The notes under the pieces are model-generated. The model had not been told where the DNA came from, ran no database searches, and worked only from the letters and a program-made list of their open reading frames with translations. The translations under genes and the position numbers were made by a program. Shown here piece after piece: positions 25,988 to 37,289 of a stretch of 64,000 nt of DNA (positions are counted from its first letter, which is position 1; every line of letters begins with the position of its first letter). The stretch spans positions 105,774,001 through 105,838,000 of the forward strand of contig NC_045697.1 in assembly GCF_009834535.1 (NCBI RefSeq), written 5' to 3'. This stretch comes from Camelus ferus (Eukaryota).

Positions 25988-26601
25988 AAAATAGGCAATA
26001 AAAACTGTGTATACTAACTTAGAAGAATTTGATTTTCATCTATTATTTTTGAGGTTACCCATTTCAATATACATTTGAAAATGTTTTCTGCTCACTTTGA
26101 ATCCTTGTGTTAATTCTTTAAAAACGATAAACAGAAACTCGGCCGTAACATTGTATTGACATTGTGTTGCTTATTTTAAATAAGAGGTAAAATACCTATG
26201 TACTTCTGGGTAATTTTTGTTTAATAAAAATTATGGGATCATTCAAGTTGAATGATCAGTGGATTGGACATTGGAAGGTTCTGCCCTCAGCTCAGCTGTT
26301 CACTGGACTCATACCTTCTGTTTTTCAGGTAAAGTCCCTTGTCCTCTCTGAGAGTCTTTTTCCCTTTATTTTAAAGTAAAGGGACCAGAAATGGATTTTC
26401 TCTAAGTTTCTTGATATAAACATTCTGTAACTCTGTGAGTTACTAGTGGGCTCTCAGGGTTATACTGAGTGCTTCCTCCTGGCTCAGTTGGACAATTATC
26501 TTTCCATTAATACTTTTCTAACTACTCTGTACCTCTGGGAAAGTCACCTGTTCTCTTTTTGGTGTCCCTACTTGGTTCTCTCTGTATTTGTACCATACCA
26601 T

Positions 26602-27076
26602 GTGGATCAGTCAGGGTTCAGTGCAAGATTAGAAAATAGTAGTGGTTTCAAGCAGTGTTTAAATCAGGTAATTGGATGCTCATAGGGTAGGTGGAAGAGA
26701 AGTTACAAAGCCACTACTGAACTATTGACTTGACGGTCACGCCACCAAAGCTGCTACCTAGAGGTCAGAAAATGGTGCTGCTGCCACACTTTCTCCCATG
26801 GCCATAAAGCTGATGACTGGGTTCTGGGGTGTGGAGTCTAGTCACCACAAACACGTTTGTATGATCCTTGCCTTGATAGTATCAACAGAGGCAGGAAAAT
26901 GGCTGTCACATCACGTTCATTTTAAACCATCATTCAAGTGAATCTGGTGAGTCCTTGTTCAGATTTAGAGACAGCTTCAAGCACATATGGGGAACATAGG
27001 GATCACCTTTTCAATCCCTTCCCATAGAATGAGGGTGGGGTTGTGGTTAGGAGGGCTAACTCAAATGTCTACCATA
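26602..27076 (-). mobile_element. Old ERVL-MaLR-type LTR (MLT1M/N-like)
   Basis: tgtggatcagtcagggttcagtgcaag...aaatgtctaccata; LTR-like termini and length. Confidence 0.45.
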
Positions 27077-27509
27077 GTATGTGTAATGATTGACTTTTTG
27101 AACTAATTTATTTATGGAACTTCCTACCGGACTGTAAGCCCCTCAAGGGCAGGGGCCATGTCTTATTAATACAAATACTAGTAAATTAGGGAGAAGGCAG
27201 GTCTTGAAAGGATTTTAGTCCATTCAGAAAACATGTATCCACAATAAACAATGGGAAAGAACTAAGCAAAGCTATATGATGGGCTAGTAAAGTCTAATTG
27301 AGAGACCAGTGAAGGCAGGAGTGGTCAGGAAATCTTAAGAAAAGATACAGATCACAGCATGAATTTGAAGAATGGTAGAATTTGGATGGACCCCAAGACA
27401 AAGATAAGATATTCCTATTAAGAGAATCCAGTAGTTGGCACCATGGGTGCTGGGAGCTATCTCTTCTCAGTCAGAAAGTTTCTCATATACAAAAATAGTT
27501 TTCATTGAT

Positions 27510-27610
27510 TTGTAATTCATTTAGTGAACATTTATTAAGTGGCTAACATATATGCCATCTATATTTTTCAGAGGCTGGGGATATAACAATGAATAAAACA
27601 GAAAACAGGA
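27510..27610 (-). mobile_element. L2 3' fragment
   Basis: attcatttagtgaacatttattaagtggcta...ggctggggatataacaatgaataaaacaga. Confidence 0.65.
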
Positions 27611-29608
27611 AAAAAAGCGTGATTAGAGAAGTATCAAACTTCAGTAGAAAGAGCAAGTATTTTCAGATGTTGTTTGATATTGGCTTTTATATTTTGAAAT
27701 AGTTTGTGTGATTGAATAATTTTCTTCCTCCTTTTTTTCTTACACGTGTAGTTCAGATGGTTCCTGGTATGCTTGGCAACATAGACATTCTCATATAGAC
27801 TCTGCCAGATGGCCTCCTCATTGTCTAAATGCCTAATAGTTACATCATGCTATAATAGATGTTAACACAGTTGTGGAGAGGAGGGTAATGATAGATCCAT
27901 TAAGTAAGGGTTATAGAGTGTTGGTCTGTTTGTTCCCCACCCCATCCCCTACCTTTTGGAAAACATGAGTTAAACAAAAAATATAGTAAGTAAGTGTGTT
28001 ACAAAGGATATTTAATTTGGGGCTTATGGAAAGATATTGTTCAAAGAGAAAATAAAACCTTTCTAGAGAATGCTAAAATGAGTTCAGGACTCATATCTGT
28101 CTTCCATAAATATGTCTTTGCCCAATCTGTCAATGTTTTTGTATAGTAAGACCAAATGCATCGCCCTGACCATCAGTGCCCTGTTCCTTACCTTATCTAG
28201 ATTGTAATCCCTTCGATGGCAGCAACCGTATAAACTCCGTAAATGCCACCTCGACTTCTCCTTTACTTTGCCTACCCGAAAACTCACTGGTCATTTGTCT
28301 GTTTACAGCATATTCTTGTGTGATCATTCTGTATATACTTCTCATCACTTTATTTCTATTGAACAGACCATTCCAAACCATCTACACACTTGAAAAATGT
28401 CTCCCTACATTTCTGATCATTTATAAAAGTGCTAAACAAAATTTGTTTCCTAGGGCAAATTCCTAGGTGAAAGACTGTTTATTTATCCAATAGGAGGAGT
28501 GACATTTGTCTTAACCTTAGAAAGGATAATTCCAGGATGATGCGTGTATGTGTGTTTTAGATTCTGCTTTTGTCACCAAGTGTTTGAAGCAAATTAGTTA
28601 TGGCAGTATTAAATCATATTTTCTGGTTATCACCATTTCTGATATGTAATCTGCTTTTATTTTAGAAAGAAATTTTTATAATAGAAAACATACAAAATAA
28701 AGAGAAATTGAGTTACCAAACAACAAAGATAACTAGTGTTATTATTTTAATATATTTCTTTCTGGTCTTCTCAAGTAGCTCTGATATAAAAGAATGAAAT
28801 AGCTGTATGTATTCTTATAGCATTTTTTTTAGATTGATTACAAATGGTGCCCTTCCTCCTGTAGGTTGTTTTTAGACATTCTACCTTGTTTATTATGGCT
28901 CCCACTCAGAGCCGTTTCTGGTTTGTAGCAATTGGGATCATCACTCCAGACTTTGTGCTCTGGGAAGCTCCATAATTCAGTGAACAAATTCCTGAAACTT
29001 CTGGGAAATAACTGGAGGAGTATAAGGAGGTATGTATCCCAAATGGGGGTTAAAATTACACTCCTGTGGTGACACTCTGCAGATGTACTTCAGGTGTGTT
29101 GGGAATGTCAGGGGAGACAGGACTTTGAGTTCCTTTAGTTAACTTATTTTTCCCCTGCTTCTCAGTTCTTAAGTTTCAGGTGGTCATTTTGGGAAATATT
29201 GTCTTCTTTTCCTTCCAGGTACCCTGGATATTGCTTTCAGTCTGATTCAGTTGAATATATTTAAGAGAATGTTTCTGCAGGATGGGCATATAAAATACTG
29301 CTTTCCATTGATCCTACACGCCCCTAGTGTGGGCTTGGTTCTATCAGCTTATGATTCCATCAGATGATACTCATCTTCTGCATTGTCAAAACTTTCTCTG
29401 GTGATGTTCACATGCAACGGAGATGTGATCATTGGTTATGCACCCAGCTTCAGGTCCTGTGGCCATCTCTGCCAAGTTATATATTATGGTCACTGACTCT
29501 ATCCCTGAAGTTTTTCTAAAGACCTGTGACTTATCTCTTTCATATTTATCACTCAGTCTAGAACATATGTGCACATTTTCTGATGTGAGAACTATGATTA
29601 TTAGCTTA

Positions 29609-30083
29609 TGTAGTAGATTGTTTGCAAAGAAAGCACAATTATTCTTCTCATTCTCATAAGTAAACCTCTTTGCAATGTGGCTTGGCTGGCTTCTCCCATT
29701 AAGTTAAGGAATTTACTTCTCCCCATCCTCGAATATGGGCTTGGCATGTGACCTGCGTGGGCCAATAGGCTACTAGCAAAGTTGTGCAAATAGAGGCTTG
29801 AAAAATGTTTGCACATTGTGGCTTGCTGTTGCCATGTGAACGAAACTGGATTCTTCTCCTTGAGGATGAGAGAGAATGTGGAGAGAGGACCAGCTGTCCC
29901 AGAGCAGCTCAGCCCCAGACATCCAAGAGAAGCCATCCTAAACTTTCCAGCCCCCAGGGAGCCAATCCCAAATAGAACTGCCCAGTCAACCCACAGAATC
30001 ATGGTTAGCAAATAAACATTTGTTTTATTTCCACCAGTTTCTTATGGGAGTGGTTTACTACATGGTAAAACTGAACTGGTATA
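29609..30083 (+). mobile_element. 5' LTR of MaLR provirus (MLT1G/H-like)
   Basis: tgtagtagattg...gggcttggcatgtgacctgcgtgggccaatagg...cccagtcaacccacagaatcatg...aataaa...aactggtata. Confidence 0.8.
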
Positions 30084-31357
30084 GAAATTGGCACTAGAAG
30101 TGATGACTGCTATAACTAAGCTCAAAACCTGTAGCAACAGCTTTGGGGTCAGACAGCAAATGGAGACTGAAAAAGCAGTGAGGCAACTGCGGGCAAAGTT
30201 GAGAAAAAGGCAAATGAGCTGTTAGTAGAGGCTGGCAAAGTGGTGAGGAAACAGCAATAGCCGGCTAAAAAAGATGGCGATCCATGTTTTTTAGCTGCAA
30301 AACAATTGACAGAACTGTCACAGGATTAAAAAAAAATGTACCCAAGACACTTGTAGATATGCCTAAGATTTTTTGGCCAGTGGTTAAAGTGTCCATTGGC
30401 TGCTCGTGATATGATCCTGTGAGAGAAAGATGAGCTAAAGAAAGATCGATTTGGCGAGTGGAATTTAGAGATTTGCGGGGAAGCCAAATTTGGGGGTGTT
30501 GAGGGTGGAAGATAAAACTGTTTTTCATCTCTAGTCTTTCTGCACAGCAACTATTCTCAAATAAGAAATGACTTATTTGGTAAAGGGTAAATCGAGGGTA
30601 GAGCTCTCAGATCCTTTATAAAGTCCTCTGGAAGATCTCAGGTGGTGGCTAATAGAATCTTTCAGCTGTGCAGAGGGCTTTTAGGGAGTTTAAGGGTATT
30701 TCCCCACGACAGCCTGACATTGTGCCCAGAGAGATGTCTGTTTCCAGAGAAGCTGTGGATGTAGCATTTAGGGCATGGAATAGACTTGAGTCTGTTCATG
30801 GGGGGAACTCATAAAATGGTGCAAGCCTTGCAAGATTTTGCTACAAAGAAGAGAAATAGTTCAGAACACAAGGAGGTCTCTGGGCTCCAACTTCTTATGG
30901 ATGGGACTCCGTCTTCCAGAAGGAATAGCCAACAGCAGCACAGGACAGTGGAATTGGGGAACCGTTCTTGAAGACCATGTCCTGCTTGAGGAGTTGAGCC
31001 CTTGTTTATATTTGCTTGTTAGGACTTCACAACAGCTCTGAACTAGTGTGACTGCTCTGTAATTCTGTCCTCATTGTGAGTGGGAACTGTCCATTGCTGT
31101 TACCTATCCCCTCTCATTATTATATGTTGTGTGTGTGAGTGTGAAGTAGATGGGTGACTTTGGTGTATAAGTCTTTGGATAAAGAGGAGCCACACCTAAG
31201 GAGCAGCACCTGAAGCTCTTCATCTCCATCAGGACCTGATTTAGAGGAAGATCCTATACTTCAAGGCTGATGCCATAATAAGATATGACTTTGGGCAAAG
31301 AGAGAGAATGTATTTTGCATGTGAGAGGAAGGTTTATTTTGCAGCCAGAGAGCTCAT
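30084..31357 (+). mobile_element. MaLR internal region (MLT1-int), non-coding remnant
   Basis: Starts gaaattggcactagaagtg directly after the LTR and ends gagagaatgtattttgcatgtgagagga, both typical MLT1-int termini. Confidence 0.75.
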
Positions 31358-31879
31358 TGTGTTGGATTGTTTCCAGAGATGGCCACAATGATTCCTTTCC
31401 TTAAGTACACACCTCTTCGTATTGTGACTTTGCCATTCTTCCCCAGAGGTGGAGTCTTATTCTTGCTCTTTTGATCTGGGCATGGCCAAGTGACTTGCTT
31501 AGGCCAATGGGACTTGAGGAAATAAGACAGAAGCCCAGGTTTGTAAATGGCTTGTCCATTATGATCTGCTGTGAATAGCTGCTCAATCATGTCACCCTCA
31601 GACTAGGATGCAACAGTCCTTCACTAGCTGCTGGAGAGACCACATGGAGGAGAACCAGGGAGAAGAAGTAGGGATTGCCAGACTGACGAGTGAGGCCCAT
31701 CTTGACATCCAGCTTCAGTGGAGCCACCAGCTGCTGCAGCCATTTGAGTGAGACCCCTGAAGAACAGCCCAAAGGATCCCAGCCCAGAGAGCCCAGCCAT
31801 TGAATCGTCATCTCCTAAGGAACTGTTGTTTGGAGTGGCTACCTTTTGGAATGGTTTGTTAGGCAGCAAAACTGATCCA
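31358..31879 (+). mobile_element. 3' LTR of MaLR provirus (MLT1G/H-like)
   Basis: tgtgttggattgtttccagagatggccacaa...ggccaagtgacttgcttaggccaatggga...ggtttgttaggcagcaaaactgatcca. Confidence 0.8.
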
Positions 31880-31939
31880 GATTCTCTATATAAAATAAAA
31901 TTTCAGGGGGAGATCTCCATAAAATACAAAATTACCTTT

Positions 31940-32565
31940 TGTTTATTAAATGCTGTGACAAAGTAATCCCCCTCTTCCTTTTTTGCTTTTGCCTTTGCAG
32001 TGCTCAAGTGCAATTTTCTTATCTTGAATCTCAAGCAGTTCCAGTTAATACTCTACCTGCTTTCCTTTCTTTGTTTAAAGACTTTAGTGTTTGATTTTGG
32101 ATTCCCTTGCAAGGTGCCCTGGTAATTAAGCAGCTTTTGAACTGTTGAATTTTGTTTAAATTTGACCTGTCACATTTATAAGATTCCCGCTCTTCTTCCT
32201 GGAAAAAATTCTTTTCCTCCCTAAAAAGATTCCCTACCCTCACTGCCTCCCTTTTAAAAACAGACTTTTTCCCTTTGCCATTTAGACAGTTAGTGTTTAT
32301 TTTCAAATGCCTGTTCATTTTGGACTGAGTCAAACATTTTTCCTGAGTTTCCAATAAGCTGTTCTTAAACTGTCTCCAGGCTTCTTCATGGTTATTTACT
32401 TTCAAAACTATTTCTTTCAGGATTTTTTTCCCCCCAGAAAAGTCCCTATTTTGTCATAATTCCCTTTTCTAAAACTTAATAACTTCATGATGAATACTTT
32501 TGGTTTTCCTTTCTTGCCAGAATGTTGGACTTCATCATATGGTAATTGCTGTTAATCAGCCTGCT
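31940..32565 (-). mobile_element. Ancient CR1-clade LINE ORF2 fragment (end of endonuclease plus linker before RT)
   Basis: Minus-strand peptides in CR1 order across frameshifts: LINSNYHMMKSNIL (~LGxSDHxMIxFxI), LLSFRKGNYDKI (~LDFRKADF), EEAWRQFKNSLLETQEKC (ORF 32031..32405), DYFVTAFNK (~FFASVFT). Confidence 0.72.
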
Positions 32566-32829
32566 CCTTGAGGGACAACATCTCTCTTACGAACATATCC
32601 TATGGATGGACAGGGCCATCACCTCCCCCTTTCTGAGGTGGTTGAAAACCACAGCTTGTCTGACTACTGAAAGTGTATCCTAGAGGGAAGATTCAGATGG
32701 AAATGAAGTAGAGGGGGAAACGCTGTTTTGTTATTTCCTTTGAACCTTTTCTGATTCCTTAGCCCCCTTCTCTGAGAACATATCTTTATAACATTTATGT
32801 TGCAATTTTTTGCAGAATCATTTTATTTT

Positions 32830-32990
32830 CCATCCTAGACTCAAGCCATTTGAGAGTAAGGTCCAGGTTTCAGTCATCTTTGTACCTCTTGGAGTGAACC
32901 CTGCATGTGTGTGGTACATTACAATATTATAAAGATTATATGATAAATATCTAAATAAGTGAACAATTAACATATAAATTGATGGGATGA
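32830..32990 (+). mobile_element. L2 3' end fragment
   Basis: ctagactcaagccatttgagagtaaggtccagg...catctttgtacctc. Confidence 0.55.
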
Positions 32991-33364
32991 ATCCAAGCCA
33001 TGAGCTGGGTCAAGAACTCCTTTGGTGTAGAAATGGGAAGGTTGCACCAAATATGTGGTCCTTCAGAATGAACTTTGTCTCTCCATGGTCGTCTAGTTTT
33101 CCTTTCCCCTCTTAAAGGAAAGAGAGAAGGTTAAAGAAATAGAAACTCCATAGCAACAAGTATTCTTTTTCCTCATCTCAACCTGTATCCATTGCAGAGC
33201 TATCATTTATTGCTCAAAAAGACCTGCCATACCTAGTTCTTCTGCTGATATTCCTAAAAGGTAGAGGAAATCTGGAAGATGGCAGGAGCATAGATTTGGA
33301 ATCTTTCTGATTGCTCATTAGAATCAACAAAGCAATGACTATAGCAAAACCAAAGGCTCATATA

Positions 33365-33500
33365 CAGGTAAACTTCAGAGATATTCCTGGTTTGGTTCCA
33401 GACCATAGCAATCAGGTGAGTCATGTGAATTTTTTGGTTTCCCAGTGCATATAAAAATTACATATACACTACACTATACTTTAGTAAGTGTGTGAGAGCT
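33365..33500 (-). mobile_element. Extra Tigger1 3'-terminal fragment
   Basis: TA|caggtaaacttcagagatattcctggtttggttccagacca...ttttttggtttcccagtgcatataaaa, homologous to 33621-33760. Confidence 0.85.
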
Positions 33501-33549
33501 TTATATATGTATTATATCCAGTTAGTATCCTAGCTTTTAATAGTATTTT

Positions 33550-33618
33550 CCCTAGCTTTAATGAGGTATAATTGACAAATTGTAATATATTTAAAGTATA
33601 TTTCATGATGATTTGCTA
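33550..33618 (-). mobile_element. Short L1 (L1MA/MB-type) extreme 3' end
   Basis: ctttaatgaggtataattgacaaattgtaatatatttaaagtata...atgatgatttg. Confidence 0.65.
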
Positions 33619-33879
33619 TACAGGCATGAAGATATTGCGGGTTTGGTTCCAGCCCATCACAATAAAACAAATATTGCAGTAAAGGGAATCACAATTTTTT
33701 TGGCTTCCCAGTGCATGTAAAAGCTAAGTTTACATAACATTTTAGTCTATTTAGTGGGCATTATGTCTAAAACAACAATGTACACAACTTAATTTAAAAA
33801 TACTTTATTTCTAAAAATGCTAGCCATCATCTAAGCCTTCAGTGAGGTATAATCTTTTTGCTGGTAGAGGATCTTGCCT

Positions 33880-35520
33880 CTATGTTGATGGCTTCTGACT
33901 GACCAGGGTGGTGGTTGCTGAAGGCTGGGGTGGCTGTGGCAATTTCTTAAAATAAGACAACAGTGAGGTTTGCCGCATCAATTGACTCTTCCTTTCATGA
34001 ACAATTTCTCTGTAGCATGCAGTGCTATCTGATAGCATTTTACCCACAATAGAACTTCTTTCAAAATTGGAGTCAATCCTCTCCACCCCTGCCACTGCTT
34101 TCTCAACTACGTTTATGTAATGTTCTAGATCCTTTGTTGTCATTTCAACAGTCTTCACGGCATCTTCACCAGGAGTAGATTTTACCTCAAGAAACCACTT
34201 TCTTTGCTCATTCCTAGGAAGCAACTCTGTATCCACTCAGGTTTTCTCATGAGACTGCAGCAATTCAGTCACATCTTCAGGCTCCACTTCTGAGTCTAGT
34301 TCTTTTACTGGTTCCACCACATATGTAGTTACTTCCTCCACTGAAATCTTCACTGCTCACAGTCATCCATGAGGGCTGGAATCAGCTTCTTCCAAACTCC
34401 TGTTAATGCTGGTTAATGCTCTTCCTGTGAATCATGAACGTTCTTAATGGCATCTGGAGCAGTGAATCTTTCCAGAGGTTTTCAGTTGATTTGCCTGATC
34501 CATCAGAGGTATCTATGGCAGTTGTATATTACAAAATGTATTTCTTAAATAATAAGACTTGAAAGTTGAAATTACTCCTTGATCCATGAGCAGCAGAATG
34601 GGTGTTACATTAGTAGTCATGAAAACAACATTCATCTTGTTGTCCATCTCCTTCAGACCTCTTGAGTGACCAGCTGTGTTGTCAGTGAGTAATAGTGTTT
34701 TGAAAGGAAGGTTTTTTTCCAGAGGAGTATTTCTCAACAATGGGCTTAAAATATTAAGTAAACCATGTTGTAAACAGATGTTCTGTCATCCAGGCTTTGT
34801 TGTTCCATTTGAAGAGCACGAGAAGAATAGATTTAACATAATTCTTAAGGTCTCTAGGATTCTCAGGGTGGTAAATGAGCACTGGCTTCAACATAAAGTC
34901 ACTAGCTGCACTAGCCCCTAACAAGTGTCAACCTGGCCTTCGAGGCTTTGAAAGCAGGCATCTTCTCCCAAGCTCTGAAAGTCCTAGACTGCATCTTCTT
35001 CCAATAGAGGCTGTTTTGCTTACACTGAGACTCTGTTGTTTAGTGAAGCCACCTTCATTACATATCTAAGCTAGATCTTCTGGCGAACTTACTGCGGCTT
35101 CTACATCAGCACTTGCTGCTTCACCTTGTACTTTTATGTTATGGAGATGGCTTCTTCCTTAAACCTCATGAGCCAATCTCTGCTAGCTTCAAACTTTTCT
35201 TCGGCAGCTTCCTCACCTCTCTCAGCCTTCATAGAATTGACGAGAGTTAGGGTCTTGTTCTGATTAGACTTTGGCTTAAGAGACTGTTGTGGCTGGTTTG
35301 GTCTTCTGTCCAGGCCACTAAAACTTTCTTCGTATCAGCAATAAGGCTGTTTTGCTTTCTTATCATTCATGTGTTCACTGGAGAAGCACTTTTAATTTCC
35401 TTAAAAAGTTTTTCCTCTGCAATCACAACTTGGCTGACTGGCACAAGAGGCCTAGCTTTCATCCTCGCCCAGATTTCCACATGTCTTCCTCACTACGCTT
35501 AATCACTTCTAGCTTTTGAT
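33880..35520 (-). pseudogene. Disrupted Tigger1 transposase (TIGD1-like) coding remnant
   Basis: ORF 34513..34740 has the DDE-domain motif LLLTDN..GH...[21 protein letters not shown] 33880..34236 has the C-terminus [16 protein letters not shown]...[23 protein letters not shown]; many stops and frameshifts. Confidence 0.9.
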
Positions 35521-35551
35521 TTAAAGTGAGAGCCATATGACTCTTCCTTTC

Positions 35552-35659
35552 ACCTGTGTATATGTTAGGTTGCATGGCAAAGAGGAATTAAGGTTGTGGA
35601 TGGAAGTAAGGATGCTCACCAAGTGTAAACTTAATAAAATAGGAGGATTAGCCTGGATT
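35552..35659 (+). repeat. 108-bp dispersed copy of 36824-36931
   Basis: Manual alignment gives 104/108 identical with no gaps. Confidence 0.95.
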
Positions 35660-36770
35660 TCACTCTTCCTTTCTTCCTTTCACTGCAGCTTTGGTAGGGC
35701 TATTAATTGGCCTAATTTAAATATTGTTGTGTTCAGGGAATAGGGAGGCCTGAGGAGGAGGGGGGAGAGGAAATTACCTGTTAGTGGAGCAGTCAGAACA
35801 CACACACCATTTATAGATTAAGTTTACTATCTTACATGGGCATGGTTCATGGCACCCCAAAACAATTAGCATTAGTGACATCAAAGATCACTGATCACAG
35901 ACCACTATAATGAAAACGTTTGAAAGATTGTGAGGATTAACAGGATGTGACAGAGACACAACATTGGCAAATTCTGTTGGGAAAATGGCACCAGTAGACT
36001 TGTTCGATGCAGGGTTGCCACAAACCTTTCAACTTGTTAAAAACAGAATATCTGCAAAGTGCAATAAAGTGCAGCACAATAAAATGAGATCTGCCTGTAC
36101 AAAACTATCTGAAAAGGCATTTCCCTGAACCCCCAAATATGAGTGGTGACATACCACCAACGATTTATAATAACTGGTATCTGTAACTCTGTGGGGAAAG
36201 CTGAGGGAAGATAATTCTGTTAGTTCTGAGAATAGGTAAGCAGTGGGCTAATCTGAGAACAACAATCAAAAAAACCATGACAGTTTTCTGCAGGGTCCAA
36301 TTCAAAGGAGAATACAATGGATTATGTTGCTATGAATTCTAATAGTGCTGGAGGCATCTGGGCCTATAAACTCTCAAAACTATCAAGACAAAGCCGTATT
36401 CCAAGACAAAGCCCTGCAACTGAAGAGAAACTGGTAGGAGTAGAATCCCACTTGAGCAGCATGAAGGCAGTAGGACCAAAGGACTACACAGTCCAGAAAT
36501 AGGAAGGGAAGAGGCAGATCTCAAAATGTACCAGACCAAATTGTTGTTTTTGTTTGAAAACAACAGAAGAGGAAGCTCTAGAGCCATGAAACTAAAAATA
36601 TCCTCTGGCCCACACTTCTCTCTTCTGCAAGTGTAGAAAATCTTCTTTACTTAAAGGGACTATAGTTAGATCCAATATAGTGTTACTACTAAAAAGAGAA
36701 TAACCCTACAGAAAATGAAAGCACGCAGATATGACATGCCCACAAAACATTTGAAAATTTGTATGGTATT

Positions 36771-37288
36771 TGCGGTGGGCAGAATAATGGCCCCCTAAAG
36801 ACACCTACATCCTAGTCCCTTGAACCTGTGTATATGTTAGGTTGCATGGCAAAGAGGAATGAAGGTTGTGGATGGAAATAAGGATGCTCACCAAGTGTAA
36901 ACTTAATAAAATAGGAAGATTAACCTGGATTACCCAAGTGAGTCCAGTGTGATCATAAGGGTCATTAAAAGTGGATGAAAGAGAATGAGAGAGAACTAAA
37001 GAGATGGCTACATGGGAAGGACTCAGCCCAACATTGTTGATTTTGAAGATGGATGAATGAGGCTACAGGCCAAGGAAGATGTGGGTAATCTCTAGAAGCC
37101 AGAAAGGGTGAGAAAACAGATTTTCCCCTAGAGCCTCCAGATGGAACAGTCATGGTGACACCTTAATCTTAGCACAGTGAGACCAATTTTGGATTTCTGA
37201 CTCCCAGACCGGAAGATAATAAGTATGCATTGTTTTAGGCCATTAAGTGTGTGGTAATTTGTTACAGCAGGCATAAAAAACTCATATG
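36771..37288 (+). mobile_element. MaLR solo LTR (MLT1D-like)
   Basis: tgcggtgggcagaataatggccccctaaaga...gaaaacagattttcccctagagcctccaga...gtggtaatttgttacagcag. Confidence 0.88.
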
Positions 37289-37289
37289 C

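Larger units (their letters stand above)
33621..36097 (-). mobile_element. Near full-length Tigger1 DNA transposon (TcMar-Tigger/pogo)
   Basis: TA at both ends (33619-20, 36098-99); TIR-like ends caggcat... and ...aataaaatgagatctgcctg; ~2.48 kb; transposase remnants inside. Confidence 0.95.

Noticed and set aside
26315..26335. Second recursive splice site (tttttcag|gtaaag)
   Set aside because: Weak donor, lying in decayed MIR-like sequence; likely chance.
29310..29335. CTCF site (cgcccctagtgt)
   Set aside because: Core spacing is one base short of the consensus and the CC start is missing.
33880..34740. TIGD1-like protein-coding gene
   Set aside because: The ORFs are fragments of a Tigger1 transposase inside a TIR/TA-bounded element with many disablements; not a domesticated intact gene.
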